Made by a program: the position numbers and the translations under genes. Below, one piece after another: positions 61,751-64,000 of a stretch of DNA of 64,000 nucleotides; the first letter of the stretch is position 1, and every line of letters starts with the position of its first letter. The notes under the pieces are model-generated. The model was not told where the DNA came from. It worked only from the letters and a program-made list of their open reading frames with translations, and made no database searches. Source of the DNA: Owenia fusiformis (lineage: Eukaryota); NCBI GenBank assembly GCA_903813345.2, contig CAIIXF020000001.1:11160001-11224000 (forward strand), written 5' to 3'.

Positions 61751-64000
61751 TTGTATGTGGCATTTTCCACTTTTTGCCAAAGGGTGATTTAACCTACACA
61801 TTTTTCTTTATCATGTCTTCATTTGATCTACCGTAGCTTCACCATCGTGGTTAGCTTCGATCTAAGAACAACCCTGTCCCTCCATCAAACCCCAGCTTGT
61901 TAGATCAAACTTCAGCGTAATTCTATTTCAAAGCCATTGTTTGATTCACCCTCGCATGTTGCTAGATATTAAAATGAATATTAGCATTCTTTTTAACGAA
62001 TAATGGAGAATACACGACGATTTTCCCACGTCCATTTGTGTAAAACTTGAACCCACACAAGCGACAGATTAGAGGCGGAGAGGTATACCAGAAGGGTTCT
62101 GTTTTCATAGTCTATATCTAGACATATCATGGTTATTAGTTTAGTTTACATAAATGCAGAATCAAACAATTGAAAGCGGCAGATAGGCCTTGTTTATGGC
62201 AAAAACTGTAAACTGGAACGATGACTGCAAGCGGAACACCTCTGCAAGTGGAACACTTTTGAGAGTCTCATGGCGAATTCACTTAAGGAATAGGATGAAT
62301 GAAGTTGTGGTCTCTCACGATGTCAGGGTGTGTTTCGGGGTGAAATCTGATTTCAGGTGGGAGACACTGAGTAAGTGCCACGCCCACATTTATAACACTC
62401 AGGTGCCTCTTGCTCAGAAAAAGCAGACTAACAATGGTACCGGCCTTTAAAGTTTTAATATACTTTGTTCGCATTCACGATCAAATGAGAATATATACAA
62501 AGTCGTTTTGATGAAAATTAAGAAGCTTATCATTGGAATATTCTTTTGATATATTCTTCTCATAAGACTAATGATATTCAAATAAAATATCTTCAATGGA
62601 ACTCACAGACTGAATAATGGTAGTCTGCATTAATTTGTAATTGCCTTCAACTAACTGTATGCTCAAACTGGTTACGTAGACTAAAGTTCAGGTGATAAAA
62701 TGGTGGATGTAGAGGACACGGGGGGGGTTGTCTAGATATCCTATATTCCTCAATGAAATGTAAATTGAAATATGATTCTAGCTGTAAAGTACGAAGCTAT
62801 CTTTCGAATCGACACAAATAACAGTAACAAATGGTAGGTGGAGTAAACCTTGAGATGTGTTTTTGGGCAAATTTGTTTAAAATATTTAAATGCATGGATA
62901 ACAAGACAAAAGAAATTATAATGTTATATTCACAATATTCCTCTCATTATCTTTAATGCAAAATGTTTATAGTTTAGTGATTCACTGTTCGTAAAAATCG
63001 TTCAAACTTGAAATACCCCCCACCCCCCCCCCCTTCATATCCGCCCCTGTGTCGTCTCCAGCCCTGCAAGACGTGTTGCTCTCGGTTCCAGGAGAGTGGG
63101 CATTTCAACGGGAAATGTGACGTAGTCTGATTAAGAAGGAAGCTGGGTTTCCATTACCTCTCACTATTTTTTGGAGGTTGATATTATAGGTTGACGGATT
63201 CTGTGATTTGGGGAAAGTTTATTTAGAGCCTAGGGTGAAGAAAAGAACCCTTGACTCATTTGAAAATTGTTGACCTCTTGGCACTAGCTCAGAGTCAACG
63301 TGTCCCGTTAATAACCACACCTGGGCATTATCACAGAAGGAAATTAGATAACAAATAAAGGGAGGAAAATTAATTGTATCTTGCTTTGAATATGAAAATG
63401 TTAAGATGTTCTCTTCTTGAGGATAGTGTTTACCAATTTAATATTTGAGGACTTTGTAAGTGTTAGAGCCACGAACTGCACCTGAGACTAGACATGCCAC
63501 GTCTACAATGTAAACGTTTCTATAGATTACAATTTGGCATCACCCTTATAAAAAACTACCATTTTCATTCGCTCTTAAAATTTATGAGACTCTGCCAGCG
63601 GGGTTAAAAGCGACTAAGAATTCCGATTGTATCAGATGCTGGCACAATTTTGCCGGAAGTTTGCAAGAAGTAACTTTTGGCAATGCAGCATGCTAGAGTA
63701 ACCTAGTAGGTGTAAGAAAATATAAGGTGATGGCCTTTAAAGTGGTAAAAACAATTTTCACGGCCGAATTGGACTTCAATTCCTGCGATTTCAGGGGGTA
63801 CTATAAGACTATTTCATAACATAAAGGATATAGTTGCTATTGTTCTGTTTTCTACAGCACACATTACTAGTCCAAAGATGAATAATATCCTAAAGTTATA
63901 GGCCGATATCTGTATTAGTCTCAGAAATATTGCAATTAATAGGAAAAAAATATGCAATTTTAGTCATTTTTAAGTCTCACGTATCTTATATTTGTAGCTT

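Overview
AT-rich, transposon-dense animal DNA; the gene content suggests a lophotrochozoan invertebrate (inference). The genes form a tandem array on the + strand. Two spliced TIMP (tissue inhibitor of metalloproteinase) genes are absent from the ORF track: TIMP-A exons 2-5 at 2777-4145 and a complete 5-exon TIMP-B at 11512-13808. Three intronless FMRFamide-receptor-like class A GPCRs with signal peptides and long glycosylated N-termini follow at 18405-20222, 42309-43742 and 54765-56633. Dead TIMP exon-1 remnants with upstream sequence lie before GPCR2 and GPCR3, so the duplicated unit was a TIMP+GPCR cassette. The rest is mostly nested DNA transposons: Harbinger-, Tc1/mariner-, Kolobok-, IS3EU- and hAT-like MITEs, an intron-containing mariner, Academ-type relics with satellite-filled inverted repeats, and an L1/Tx1-like LINE fragment. 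All coordinates were read by eye; repeat boundaries are approximate unless a target-site duplication (TSD) is quoted.
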